A DNA stretch of 64,000 nt, from positions 29,450,001-29,514,000 of the forward strand of contig CAIIXF020000001.1 of NCBI GenBank assembly GCA_903813345.2, in the 5' to 3' direction. Origin of the DNA: Owenia fusiformis (Eukaryota). Both the position numbers and the translations under genes were made by a program. Under the pieces are notes generated by a model that saw only the letters and a program-made list of their open reading frames with translations, was not told where the DNA came from and did no database searches. This document shows positions 13,415-26,200 of the stretch, piece after piece (position 1 is the stretch's first letter; the number at the start of each line of letters is the position of its first letter).

Positions 13415-16400
13415 TTACAAAAGGTCATAGAAATAATCCAATCCTTGTCCTATCTCCCATATGGATATCCCAGTCCCCATTGCTTCCGCAAGTTCTATTC
13501 TGGAATAAATTGACTGTAAGGTAGGGAAGTACACTGTATGTTCTGCTTGAGAGGTTCTGGAATAAAAAATCAAATCTAAGATAGAATGCTAAAATATTGG
13601 TGTTGGATGTTAGACTCTATTTATAGTAGGTAAATGTGTTACTTTTGTCCATTGCAGTAAACTGGCACATTTTTCTTAAGTTGTGTTATTTTATGTCTAT
13701 TAATAGGCTTTGGTTTTACTCATCCTCAAGATGATTTTTTCCAAAAACACAAAATATAAAAATAAAAATCGTTAACCTAGATCTTGTCACATATATTGGC
13801 AATAATAATCTAAAAACTTACTTGTATGTGAAATAATGCTCTGCTGATTCAGAGTCCCATTTCAATTTAGGTTTATGTTTGGAAAGTATTTCAATATATC
13901 TGAAAGTAAAAGACAGGCAAAGCAATTCTTAAGTGTACTTTGGCCCCATTGCCAGGTGGTGAATTTTTGGAAAATCTCATATTTTGTAAAAGTTTTGACT
14001 TTCTCAAATGAATGTCAAAATTCCTCAAATTGTGAGACAAATGTGAAACCTTACTGTAATGAATAAGAGAGCTACGTGACCATATCAAAAACAGAATCAT
14101 AGTTTGGTGTAGATTTGTCTGAAGTTCAGATGAGAAGACACATTGTGTTAAATATTATTCAAAATTGAATTGCGTCATATGTGAAATATTTGAGTTCACA
14201 TTAGCAAAGCACATCTCAAATAAAAACAAATTCTATCATATCACTCACTTATTTCCTACAACTGGCTCTCCCTGCCCAGAGGCATAATCATAACCATAGA
14301 AATTGAGACCTAGAAGTATTTTCTGTCTGTTAGGAGAATCTGCATCAGGAGCTAAATATTCTACACACTTTTGTATCCAGAGTAATGGACTATTTGGACC
14401 TGGCCTGAAATAGTAAGCATTTCATTCCATTAATTTATTCCTAAGGGATTATTTTGATATATGTAGATTTATTGATTTTGATTGATTTGTGCCTGGGGTT
14501 ATATGTTCATTCTAGCATTATCTTCCAAGGTTCCAAAATTTAAAAAAATGATTTTTTTAATATTAATTTTAAAACAAACATTTTTTTAAAATTCTGACAA
14601 TTTTCATATAAGAGCTTTAAAATAAGTATTAATTCAAAGGAATATATACATGGACACATATACATATGTATTGGACACCAGGACACATAAACATATACAT
14701 ATTATGTATTACATACATGTACCTCGCGAAGCATTTGTATGAAATTCAATTGGAAAGTGGGTTACTGTTTATCCACAGATATTGCCCGATTAGATTACCC
14801 TGATATAGCATGCCAGCAAGGTCCGCCTATATTGGGAGAACTCAGGCATATTTCACTTCATAGTGACATAACCTCTAAATATTTCTACTTTTATACCTCA
14901 TTGCATTGGAGAAATCATATGTCATCAGACTGATACCATCTACGACTGGAGCCAGGAGATCAAAGTCCTCCTTTGGTAATATATTATGCCTAAAATAGGA
15001 TTTATACAATGTAATAAGTACATTTTATAACATACCTATGATGATGTATAGTGCATAGTGTACACAAGACAGCGGGCCAATATACGTTTTGAAAAGCCAG
15101 CGCCCGCTAACTTTCTGATTGGTCAAGGCGCTGACGTCATAACCAATCAATCGAAGATAAAACTGCGCGAGAAATTTTTCTAAACTTATTTCAATCATTT
15201 TCAAACCATTTGTTTGTCAATTCTATAAGAAAACGGTACATCATCATAGGTATGTTATAAATCGTTTATGTCACTATCGTGGCACATATGCCCTCGGTTC
15301 TCAGAGATCAATGTCCCTCCCAAGGTCGGGCCATATATCACTGAGACTTCGGGCATATATGCCACAATAGTGACATAACCTTGAATTATAAATAGGCATT
15401 GAGAGTTATTAAAAATTGATACACTCTCCAAAATACCGAGAATTGATCTTGAGTTGGAAAAAACTATTTGATTGACTTATTTAAAGGTTGGATGTAACTT
15501 AAACTATTCCTAAAGCATTATACTCACCCCTGCTGGCTGAGAGGATTTGGAGGGGGTACGACAACAATGAGTTTTTTGCTCTTTGCAAAGAAACTCTCAC
15601 CAAGATGTTCAATAAAGTGGAGTAACTCCCTAGAAAATAGACAAGATTTGCTGGTAAAGAAAGACACAGTGATCAGTGGTAACAGAGGCATATAGATAAT
15701 TTTCTGCTTGTATGAGGAGATTTTTGAATCTATTTTATTCATATTACATAATTTCATTTTTGTTTCAATATTTCATCAGTTATTCAAGACAAGGGACCTC
15801 TCCACAACTTTTGATTTAACTGCTGAAATAGTTTTAACATGGAATGCATGCTTCAGAATATTGAGCTTCACAACTTCCACCAGAGGAAAATTGTGAAAAA
15901 ATGTGAAACAGTATTGGTCGAACTTGGAAAATAGGCGGAGAACCTTTTCATATACAATGTATTTTTTCAATTATGATTTTCTCAAATTTTCTCCAAATCC
16001 TCAAAATATTATCTTTTACATTAGTAGTCTTTACTTACTTATTCTTCTGGCCACCCAATTGCATCCAAACTTCTAACACAATCCCATTGAACTTGTGTTC
16101 CTAAAAAATAAAGATAGTAAATGTACAGCATGATGGTTTTGGTTTTAGGCCAATATAAAGATGGGAGTACCGCAGCAAATACACCTAGTGCTGAACTCAT
16201 TGCCACACTCACTACCATGCCCGTAGCCAGCTTTTTGCCCTATCCTAGGGCCGCGCGGAAAAGCTTTAAGGGCCCCAGAACCCAAATTTTAAAAATTTAT
16301 GGCCCATTTTTTTAAAATTTGATCTAAAATTGAAAAAATATGGCCCAAAAAGGTCAAGTAAAAAGGTCAAGTAAAGGCCAACTAAAGAGGCCCTACAATA

Positions 16401-19400
16401 ATTTTGGCCCGACATTTTTTTCTGGGCCTATAGTAGGGCCGCACGTAAAATTTTTAGGGCCCTAAAACCAAAATTCTGCAAATTTATAGCCCGTTTTTGA
16501 AAATTTGGCCTAACATTGAAAAAAATAAGGCCCAAAAAGGTACAGTAATGCCCAAAAAGGCCCTCTAAAGAGGCCCTACAATATTTTTGGGCCAACATTT
16601 TTTCCAGCCCATTCTAGGGGGGCGGGGGTGGACCCATGCCCCCCCCCTCCTGAAACCGCCAGGAGGCCATTTTTAACAAAACAAAAAGGACGATCCTAAA
16701 AAACAGAGGGAAAGGGACACAAATACAGATATGTCCGCAAAAAAATTGGGCCAAATTTTGAAAAATAATGCCCAAATTCAAAAAACAATGCACAGTACTC
16801 CCAGTTTTTTAATCTTAATTGCCCAGTGAATGTGGGGAAGAGCAAGTTTTTCTTCAAGGAAGCAAAAAGGTAGGTCCACATTTTTTTAGGAGATATCAGG
16901 GGGGGGGCTCGTCCGAGCCCCCAGAGCCCCCCCTGGCTACGGGCCTGACTACTATCATTGATATACACTCACTGATACATTCATTGCTGAACTCATTGAT
17001 ATACTCACTACTATAATTGCTACTTTCACTACTGTACTATTGATACATTCATTGCTAAACTCATTGATAAACTCACGACTACCTCATTGATACACTCACT
17101 GCAGTACTCACTGATACACTCTTTACTGTACGCATCAATATACTCACTACTCATTGATATACCAAATAAAGTACTCATCAATACACTCACTGCTGTACTC
17201 ATTGATACTTGATACAATTACTCCTGTACTCCTTGATGCATTCCCTGTTGTACTCACTGATATAATCCCTGCTGTACCGATTGATACACTTACTATTTCA
17301 TCCAATACAATATTCATCAATACTCACACTGATGTACTCATTCATACACATACTACTGTACCCAATGATACAATTTCTACCATACTCATTGATGTACTTC
17401 ATACTGTTCTCATTGATACACTCACTATCATACTCATTGATGCACTCACTACTGTACTCATTGATACACTCACTACTGTACTCATTGATACACTCGCTAC
17501 TGTACTAATTTGTTGATACACTCACTTCCATACTCATTGATACACTCCTCGCTGTACTCACTGCAGCACCTACCTGAACAAATTTAAGGATAGCATCAAC
17601 ACAATCTTCTACTTCATCTTCACTGGAGAACAATGCATTGAAGTCACGCCCTGTCCATCCATCAAACAACACACGAGGGGCTAGAATAAAACAACATATG
17701 AAGAACTGGAAATGAATTGCAAGTATACACAATAAATGCTCCATCTTTGGACTGTCCTCAGTATGTAATAATTGAGCATGGGAACAGATGATGCATACCC
17801 TATGCGTCACATTGTTATTATGTGTTTGTAAATAATCTGAATGGAACGATAAACTTATCTATTGTATGTATGTATGTATTCTTTATTTGCGTCTATTCAT
17901 TTAGACAGTTACATGGTATACAATGATATAAGGTAAAAGAAAAGAGTAATATAAAAGCTACAGGTACAAAAAGTTAAAATGCCTTAACATTGTCTCCCTG
18001 GCTCTATGCATAGAGTGAATGTTAATCGAAACAGAACAGAGAGAATCAAGGCTCTCCTGGTCCAAACTCAAATGATTTATACCAAAAATGAAGCTCAACT
18101 TTTGATGAGTCAATGGCACGCTTCTTCAGTACTAAGTATTTTCTTGATTGTAAATGATTGCTACATTTTCATTCATTGGGTATACAGACTGAAGAACAGG
18201 GAGCCCGGAGCACATTGGTGAATATAACCTGGTGATAGTGACCATAGGCTGGTGTGTGACGTAACCTGGTATGTACGTAGATCTTCTCTATTTTACTACA
18301 CTGCTGGACCATATGCATTCTAATGGAAGGTTTATACTCTTTTATAAAACTCAGAAGTAGCTACTGTACAAAGAGTATATTATCGGTGGTCTTTTGCATC
18401 ATTGAATACCATGGCCCTCTCTTCTTGCATCATAGATTGCCATGGAATTTGGTATAGGGCACTTTAGATTTAGAATTGATGATTTGCGATCACCGAATGG
18501 ATTCTGTCTTTTAGTGACGTCACAATTAGGTCACACAGCTTTAGATGCTTGATTTTGAGAGATTATCTTCTATATTTTGTGCTTTATTGATTTATTTTTC
18601 ACGAAAGCGTTCTATTTGACTAGATCAACATTCATGCTAAGCACATACCAAGTCTAAGGTCTTACTGACATGATTTAGATAGCGGTTTAGCGCCCCCCGA
18701 TTTTGACAAAAACGGGGGGCGCTTATAGGCATCGATGTTTAGTATGAATTTCACCCAAACTTCGCATATATATAGACATACTCATGATCTAGTCAAATAG
18801 GCATACCTGGTAAATATCCGATCCATGGTTTTTATATAAGAAACGACAATATTTTTAGCTCAAAACTGCCACGTGTCCGCCATTTCGTGATTCCATCATG
18901 TCTAATATCATTTCTATATGACGTCATACCAATAAGACGAAATACGTGACAACAGTATCCATAAACAAAATTCCTGAATTCTGATCGCAAAAGGTCAATT
19001 GGTGGAATAGGAATATGTTATATAATATACATTTTTCCTACGAATGAATAATTTTAACATATTAATCATCTGATAAGATATGGTGAATTTAATCGGTAGG
19101 AAACACGAAGAAATTAATTTTTTGAAAAATATGTCAACTTTTTTACAAGCGTAAACTTCCCGGGAATTTTAAAATTGTACGGGAAGCCCCACTATATTTG
19201 ATCAGCGGGATTGGCACAGAAAATCAGAGTAACTAAACAGACAGGTTATTAGATACTATGTGTATATAAGAATGGGTCTTTTGTGCTTTGAGAAAGTTTG
19301 GTTGATTGCAGATTTTAACATGGAAATCATTTCTATAATATGGTTTGCAATACTGTAATACATCAGGGCTCTCGCCAGGCTTTTAGACTGTGGCGCAGCA

Positions 19401-22150
19401 CCACACTCTGTTAAGCTCCCTCCACACCCTATTGGCAAATCATGACTGTTTCCACACTCTAAATTTGACTGAATATACAATAATAGCATGTAAAAAGGAT
19501 ATTTACATTACATAAATATGATTTATCACGATTGAACGGTTATTCTGAAGATGTTAGCACCACACCCTAAATATTTCCTGGTGAGAGCCCTATACATGTA
19601 GTTATAATATTGTTTCCTATCTAAAAATGTATCCATTGAGAATCTTGGAGAATTAGTTTCAATTTACATACATTTATATAACTGTGCTCATTGTTACATA
19701 TAAAAGAATATAACTCACTAAGATTAACACTCCTTCCATGCTTGACGTCTTTCACCCAACCTGAGAATTAAAGCACAAAAAATTACATATAAAAGATATT
19801 AAAACAGGTTTAATATCAAATAAACATTGGTGTGAAATAATTTCTTTAAATCAATAAAACTAAAAAGCAATTTCAACACTGACCATCAAATGAGGTAAAA
19901 CTAGGCCCGTAGCCAGGGGGGGTTCGCAGGGTTCGGGCAAAACCCCCTGGCCAAAAGTTCTTTCAAAATCATGCAGTTTTTCACCATTTTGAGCACCTCT
20001 CAAGTGATTTTAGCCATATTTGGGCCAAAATTGTCAAATGTAAACCCCTCCTGGAAATTTTTGAAAACTGCACCCCCCCTTGGCAAATCCTGGCTACGGG
20101 CCTGCCAGGAAATTAGGTAGATTATAGTAAATGTCGTCAGATAGAATTACCTTTATCTATATCATGTCCCCCTTCCATGACATAAGCACCACCTGGTTTG
20201 CGTTTTATCTGTAGCCACACTGGTGATACATAGTCAAACTTATTGCCAAACATCTTTGCAATGTCATAGCCATGGGAGTTCCACTGAAATTCAAATTTGT
20301 TGTTGGTGGTGGGATCTTATATAAGAGAGAGACTGGAATCTATTAAAAAACATGCCCATAGCATTCCTGTTTTATATTGATTTAGTAGGTACATGTTACT
20401 CAGGCCCGTAGCCAGGAAGGTTCGATGGGTTCGAGCGAACCCCTCTGGCCAAAAAATTGTTCAAAATCATGCAGTTTTTCACCATTCTGTGGACTTTTTA
20501 AGTGATTTGGGCCATTTTTGGACCAAAATTGTCACAAGTAAACCTCCCTGGAATTTTTCAAAAAGTGAACCCCCCTTGGCAAATCCTGGCTACGGGCCTG
20601 TACATAAAGGTTTATCACTAATGATCTCAATCAGTGCATGGAGATTGTAGTAAACATTGAAATACATGATACAATTAACTTAATCAAAATAAATATGGCC
20701 TTATTGGGTATTATCAATATTGAAGCCTAAATGTCTGAAGGTTCATAAAATAAATTGATTGATTTAGCGATTGATAGGAATAACTACTGAGATAACGGAG
20801 ACAACAATGTCTATATGGCTTTACCATTTATTGATCATCACATCCAATAAAATATATCCATCTTTAACTTTAACAGATTAAACTTAGACACACTAGTGAT
20901 ATCTATATAACTTAATGCAGAATTGCTACAATATACTACTTTAAATGAGCTGTCAGATTAACTCATCCTCCTAAGCAGATGTCCAGAATCTGTACCTCCT
21001 TCTTCCCCCTGCTATATTACCAAGTTGGAAGTGCCCGATTAAACTGAATCACGTGATCTAATTATGCACCAATGACATATACATGATTGCTGTCGCAGAG
21101 TTGTGACAGCAAATCAAATTGCGAGTTCTTAATCGGGGAAATGCTAACTGCTTATAGCAGGGGGTAAAAAGAAAGAAGGTATTCTGGATTTTGAAGCCCT
21201 GTGATAGGAGGATGGATAAACTGAATTTTACAAGATCAATTTAGTTGAAATTAACTGTTATAGTTTTATAGGAATTTAATCTGTTCCTCTTACCGGTGTG
21301 ACATAAGCTAATGTTGTCCCTTTGAACTTCTTTATCTCCTTTTCAATTTCACAATATTCTTTATGTTGCCCAAGAATGTCTTTCACTTTTGGAGATGGGG
21401 TCACTAAGTTACGTTTTACCACTGAATCTGTTGTAATAGCAACCTAAAACGGAAAAAAACATGATCATTCCACAAACTCTCAAATTTTCTGAACAGCATC
21501 CTTAATTAATTCTATTTCAAATGAATTTTATACAAGAACATTAAATGGACATGCCTAAGCTTAGGGGCCGGGTCAAAACATTGATTTCCATAAAAAAACG
21601 TAATTAATTACGTTAGGGGAAACTAGGTTGGATGGTGAACATTTTGACTTGTGTAAGAGGGATGGAGGTCAAGATCTATCTAAATTAATTATGTTTTATG
21701 ACAGACATTGATGTTATGTCCCAGAGCCTTAGTCTAATCAAACACAGATGCCTGCAAGACTCTTCGTAGTAGTATCCATGGGCGTAGCGCTATTTTTATG
21801 AGTAGTACGCCACCACTGGAATAAGAGTTGAACGAAGTGAAAAACGCCTGTGTGTACCAGCCGTACGAGGTGCTACGCCTATGGTATCTGTAGCCCTATC
21901 TGTAGCTCTAACAAGAAATACATGTAATTTCATCGGTGATTCTCTGACCAATGTTGTCAGCAGATGAATAAAACTAAAACTTTGGCACATATGATGATAT
22001 AGTTTCGTGGAAGGTTTTTGCACTTACATCTTCCTCAACCTTCTTTTTCTTTGATTTCGTACTGCTTTTGGACAATGTACATTCAACATTGTATACTGCC
22101 ACAAGTAAAGTCATTGAAATCAGGATTATTTTTATTGTTTTCATTTTCAT
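13415..22150 (-). CDS. CHID1: Chitinase domain-containing protein 1 (GH18 chitinase-like, SI-CLP orthologue), 11 exons, 395 aa
   Basis: Exons 22150-22028, 21443-21294, 20283-20151, 19760-19719, 17680-17574, 16100-16039, 15629-15528, 14989-14897, 14404-14249, 13899-13822, 13556-13415; all GT-AG, phases consistent, 1188 nt. Signal peptide + TLSKS, then [43 protein letters not shown] and the C-terminal [17 protein letters not shown] diagnostic of CHID1. Confidence 0.95.
15025..15381. mobile_element. Double-hairpin non-autonomous element (CryptonV-like)
   Basis: Hairpin 1: TTATAACATACCTATGATGATGTA / TACATCATCATAGGTATGTTATAA. Hairpin 2: TTATGTCACTAT...GCCC / GGGC...ATAGTGACATAA. A partial degenerate copy lies at ~14760-14873. 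Family assignment is by architecture only. Confidence 0.5.
16948..17563. repeat. Degenerate 24-bp minisatellite (ACTACTGTACTCATTGATACACTC)n in CHID1 intron 5
   Basis: Roughly 25 units; this explains the 8-aa-periodic spurious ORFs at 17154-17516 and 17281-17508. Confidence 0.85.
19364..19592. mobile_element. hAT-like MITE
   Basis: CAGGGCTCTCGCCAGG / CCTGGTGAGAGCCCTA TIRs; TSD unclear. Confidence 0.5.
19903..20104. mobile_element. Harbinger-like MITE (GCCCGTAGCCAGG family)
   Basis: TIR AGGCCCGTAGCCAGG / CCTGGCTACGGGCCT; near-identical copy at 20401-20600; relatives at ~16220-16947, 21778-21883, 25979-26135, 32043-32312. Confidence 0.7.
20401..20600. mobile_element. Harbinger-like MITE (second copy)
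   Basis: CAGGCCCGTAGCCAGG...CCTGGCTACGGGCCTG; interior homologous to 19903-20104. Confidence 0.7.
20965..21215. mobile_element. Dispersed ~250-bp inverted-repeat element
   Basis: CATCCTCCT...AGGAGGATG arms; a clearly homologous copy at ~59517-59747. Confidence 0.65.
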
Positions 22151-22454
22151 AATTTTTCACAATGATTTTTCAATTTTAACAGTTTCAATTGAAATTTAGT
22201 TGAACTTTATATATTCATGGACGAGTAAAGCATATACATTAGACTTGTTATTGAATAAGAAAGACGTGAGCAGTAAAGAAATGCAGATGTTCTCGTGGTA
22301 TGACTCCACCATTGTTTTGCCGTTTTACTACATGCCACAATCAACCTCACTGCCAGCATATCAAACCATGCCCATTTTCCATCAAACTTGGCCCAACTAC
22401 TATCAGGTGGATGTCCTTCAAAAATCAAGTTGGCATGGTTACCAAAGCCTTATA

Positions 22455-22468
22455 GTTGCCATGGCAAC
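22455..22468. promoter_or_regulatory. Perfect RFX X-box palindrome GTTGCCATGGCAAC in the CHID1/NDUFA8 intergenic region
   Basis: Exact consensus match; it lies in a dispersed repeat (~22370-22715, homologous to ~46825-47110). Function untested. Confidence 0.35.
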
Positions 22469-23254
22469 CGTAGAAATGGGGTAAAAAATGAGAGCAAAAA
22501 AACACCCAAACCCACCATATTGGCACTAATTTATAAAATATTTCTAGACATACAAATTTTCTTAAACTTTGATATCATCTAGGACACTTCTAGACAACGA
22601 AAATATCAAAAATTGGGGGTAGGTTTACCACTTCGATTTTTTTCTAGGCTTGGTCAAAGTAAAACTACGAAAAAAGCACTCATTTTCACTTTTGAATCAC
22701 CTATTATCGCCCAAATGGCTATATTCTTTCAAGGTCAAGGTCGCCATGTTAAAAGTAGAATTACGGAGATAAATCTGCTCTTCAGACAATGTTTGATGGC
22801 TTTTCTTCACCACGGAACAAAGATCTTTGCGCTGGTATGCCCATTTCCATGAGATGATATACGTGAAAGAGGAACTATGTCTTTAAATGTCATCAAAACT
22901 TTTGGCACTACTTTTGGCGTAATAATTCCTCGTGTCATTTCAGGCCAGTTACTATTTTCTTTCCTCTAAAATAAAGAGCTCTGTTTAGCAGACAAAAATA
23001 GCACTACAGCTTTCTCTCTATAAAACAATGTCAAAGTTAGCGAATGTACCTTAAATAGTCAGTGTGAATAAGGAAACTATGATTTATACATTAAAATGAA
23101 GCAATTTTATAATTGATCATCTAACAGCCTAGAATATAGGAAAGCACATTCTGCTTTCATTTTCGTTTCTTTTCTCGTTCAAATCTCGCGTGATATTTCT
23201 GCCATTTTGGTGTCCTTCTCAAAATCAAGATTTGTGTACAAAATATGCTTTAAT

Positions 23255-26200
23255 ATGGTAATTACAAGCGATACATGGCTGCCAAGCCACGAGGAGCTGA
23301 CGGTACCTGAGTTGGAACTATCATCTGGCGTTCTGAGAGCTGGTGCACATCATTTTGGCAAATATTGCGACTTTCAAAGCAAGGTTGGTTTTGATTTTTT
23401 TACACAGTTGGCCAGATCACAGTCTATATGCAGTTATTAGTCTATCTACCTTCTCTACAAGTTCAACAACGAAAATTTTAATTTGCCAGAGTACCTTTTT
23501 TCTATCGGTCGATTCTCCACGAAGATCCTCGTTTCCGCGATTAATCCCTTGCTCTGTGTGACAAAAATAAATAAGTGTTATCCACGTTAGTTTTTCTTCT
23601 GATATGCGCTCCAATCGATGATAATTGACAAGATACTGGAGAATTTCTGTTAACAACAACTTTGCCGGGCTGTTTTTCAACTTCTTGTAGTTGACCTAGA
23701 AAACCTGCAATCTGATTGGTTGATTAATTTAGAGGTAAATTCAAAATAAAAACGTTCCTGGAACCTGTTATTTCATAAAAACTGCAATTTTAGACAATTT
23801 CAAGCGATCATGTGACAAGACGTGATCTCAACGGGACTTAAAATTTTTGAAAATTGTCAGGCTTAATTGCTGTAGGAGTTTTTCGGGTTTCATTCACTTG
23901 TAAGTGCAGCAATTACACAGATTGTAGTGTCATAGTTTCAATTATAGTTATTTACAATTCACAGCCAATTCCCGGAGAAATTGCTTTACTTTTCAGTGTG
24001 TAAACGACATTATTAAATTTTCGTTGTTGAACTTGTAGAGAAGGTAGATAGACTAATGATTTGGGCTTGCCCCAAATCATAACTGCATATAGACTGTGGG
24101 CCAGATCATTTTGTAGTAGGATCTCATAAGCTCAAAGAATAATTCAGAAGATTCGTCACTAAATTGGAAAATTTCAAAAAGTGACCACGTAACATTCCTT
24201 ATACAAATGGTACCTGATTCCCCATGACAGATTTTGCACTTTTTAATTTGGATAGCTGAGATCTTCAATAAAATGTTAGTGAGGCAAATTAGAAGGTGGT
24301 TTCCATATTACTACAGGGACCTTGAATTCGTATGATCCCCAATCCAATCCAGATAAATGTTATCTTTTGGGATAAATCTTGGATTACTAATCCGATATTT
24401 ATTTGGTGAATTTGTACGATCCTAGGATTATGAGGGGGAATCCCCAAGGTTTATCCAATTTGCATTGGAATTTGGATAAAATTTATCCAAAAAGTAATGT
24501 ACCTCAAGAGGTGGATTGAGATTTATCCTGAGATTAATCCCAGGATCGTACAAATTCACCGATTTTTGGATAAGTTCTTGGATTAATCCCACATTGCATC
24601 ATTACCATGACGAAATTTATCCAGATTGGATCGCGGATCGTATAAATTCACCGCCCCAGAAGTTGACAGTTTTTTTCAAAATCTTCTACAAGTTTTCAGA
24701 AGATCAAATCTGACTTAATATTTAAGATTTGACCTTCAGTGACCTTTGCAAGGTCAAAAAAGGTCTTTTTTCAAGTAACTTCAAATTGACCAAATTTTTT
24801 TTTCAAAATCATCTACAAGTTATCAGAAGTTCAAATCTGACTTAAGCTTTGAGATTTGACCTTCAACGACCTTCTTAAGGGCAAAAAAAGGTCAAAATGT
24901 CTTTTTTCAACTTGCTTCAAATTAGACGGAATTATTTTTTTCAAAATCTCTAGTACACCTTTTCAGAAGTTCAAATCCGGCTTTATATTCGATTTGGCCT
25001 TCAGTGATCTTTTCAAGGTCAAAAAAGGTCAGAAGGTCTTTTTCAACTCGCTTCATATTAACCAATTTTTTATCATCTACAAGTTATCAGAAGTTCAAAT
25101 CTGACATAAGATTTGAGATTTGATCTTCAATGACCTTCTAAAGGTCAAAAAAAGGTTAAAAGGTCTTTTTTCAACTTGCTTCGAACTGACTTCTTTCAAC
25201 TTCCAATAACTTAACAAATACTGTTTAGACTGACTTCAATTTTTTTCAAAATTTCAAAATCTTCTACAAGTTTTCAGAATAAGAAGTTCATATCTGACTT
25301 TATATTTAAGATATGACCTTTCCATGGTCAAAAAAGGTTTTTGTACTTGCTTCAAATTGACCAATTTTTTTTTCAAAATCATCTACAAGTTATCAGAAGT
25401 TCAAATCTGACTTAGCTTTTGAGATTTGACCTTCAACAACCTTCTCAAGGTCAAAAAAGGTCAAAAGGTCTTTTTTCAAGTTGCTTTAAATTGAACAAAT
25501 TCTTTTTTCAAAATCATCTACAAGTTATCAGAAGTTCAAATCTGACTTAGCTTTTGAGATTTGACCTTCAACGACCTTGGCTTAAGGTCAAAAAAGGTCA
25601 AAAGATCTTTTTTCATCTTGCTTCAAATTGACCAATTTTTTTTTCAAAATCATCTCCAAGTTCTCAGAAGTTTACATCTCATAATATTGTGAGCAACTAG
25701 TGGTCACATTTTGTCATGTTAATATCTTGTTTACGCATGTGACCAACCGGAAGTATCATACTATTATTTATTTGTTGTATTCAGAATTTATAATGGGGGT
25801 AAATTTGGTAATAAGAATTTTCCCGATGTACATCCCGATGGGTACACCCCAGTTGTCCGAAACCCAGTAGTCCGAAACCTAATTCTCTGAAACCCAGTTG
25901 TCCGAAACCCATTACTCCGAAAAATATAGTCATACTTTACCAGAGAAAGGGGGGACGTACTTCAGCTTAGGCCAGTTTCAGGGGCGGATCCAGGATTTTG
26001 TGTTAGGGCGGGCGTGTGATGATAACTGTGAGCAAATTAAAAAAAGATTCAAATTTTGTAAAAAGCAATGAGGCAAAACACGACTTTTTAGGGAGGGGGC
26101 GTGCCCCCCCCCCACGCACCCGTCTAGATCCGCTGGTGAGTCCCATGCCATGTATTTGGCCAAATTAATGGGATGGACGCATTTTGATGTTCATAGATCT

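Noticed and set aside
17029-17516. Thr/Ile/Leu-rich periodic ORFs
   Set aside because: Translations of the 24-bp intronic minisatellite.
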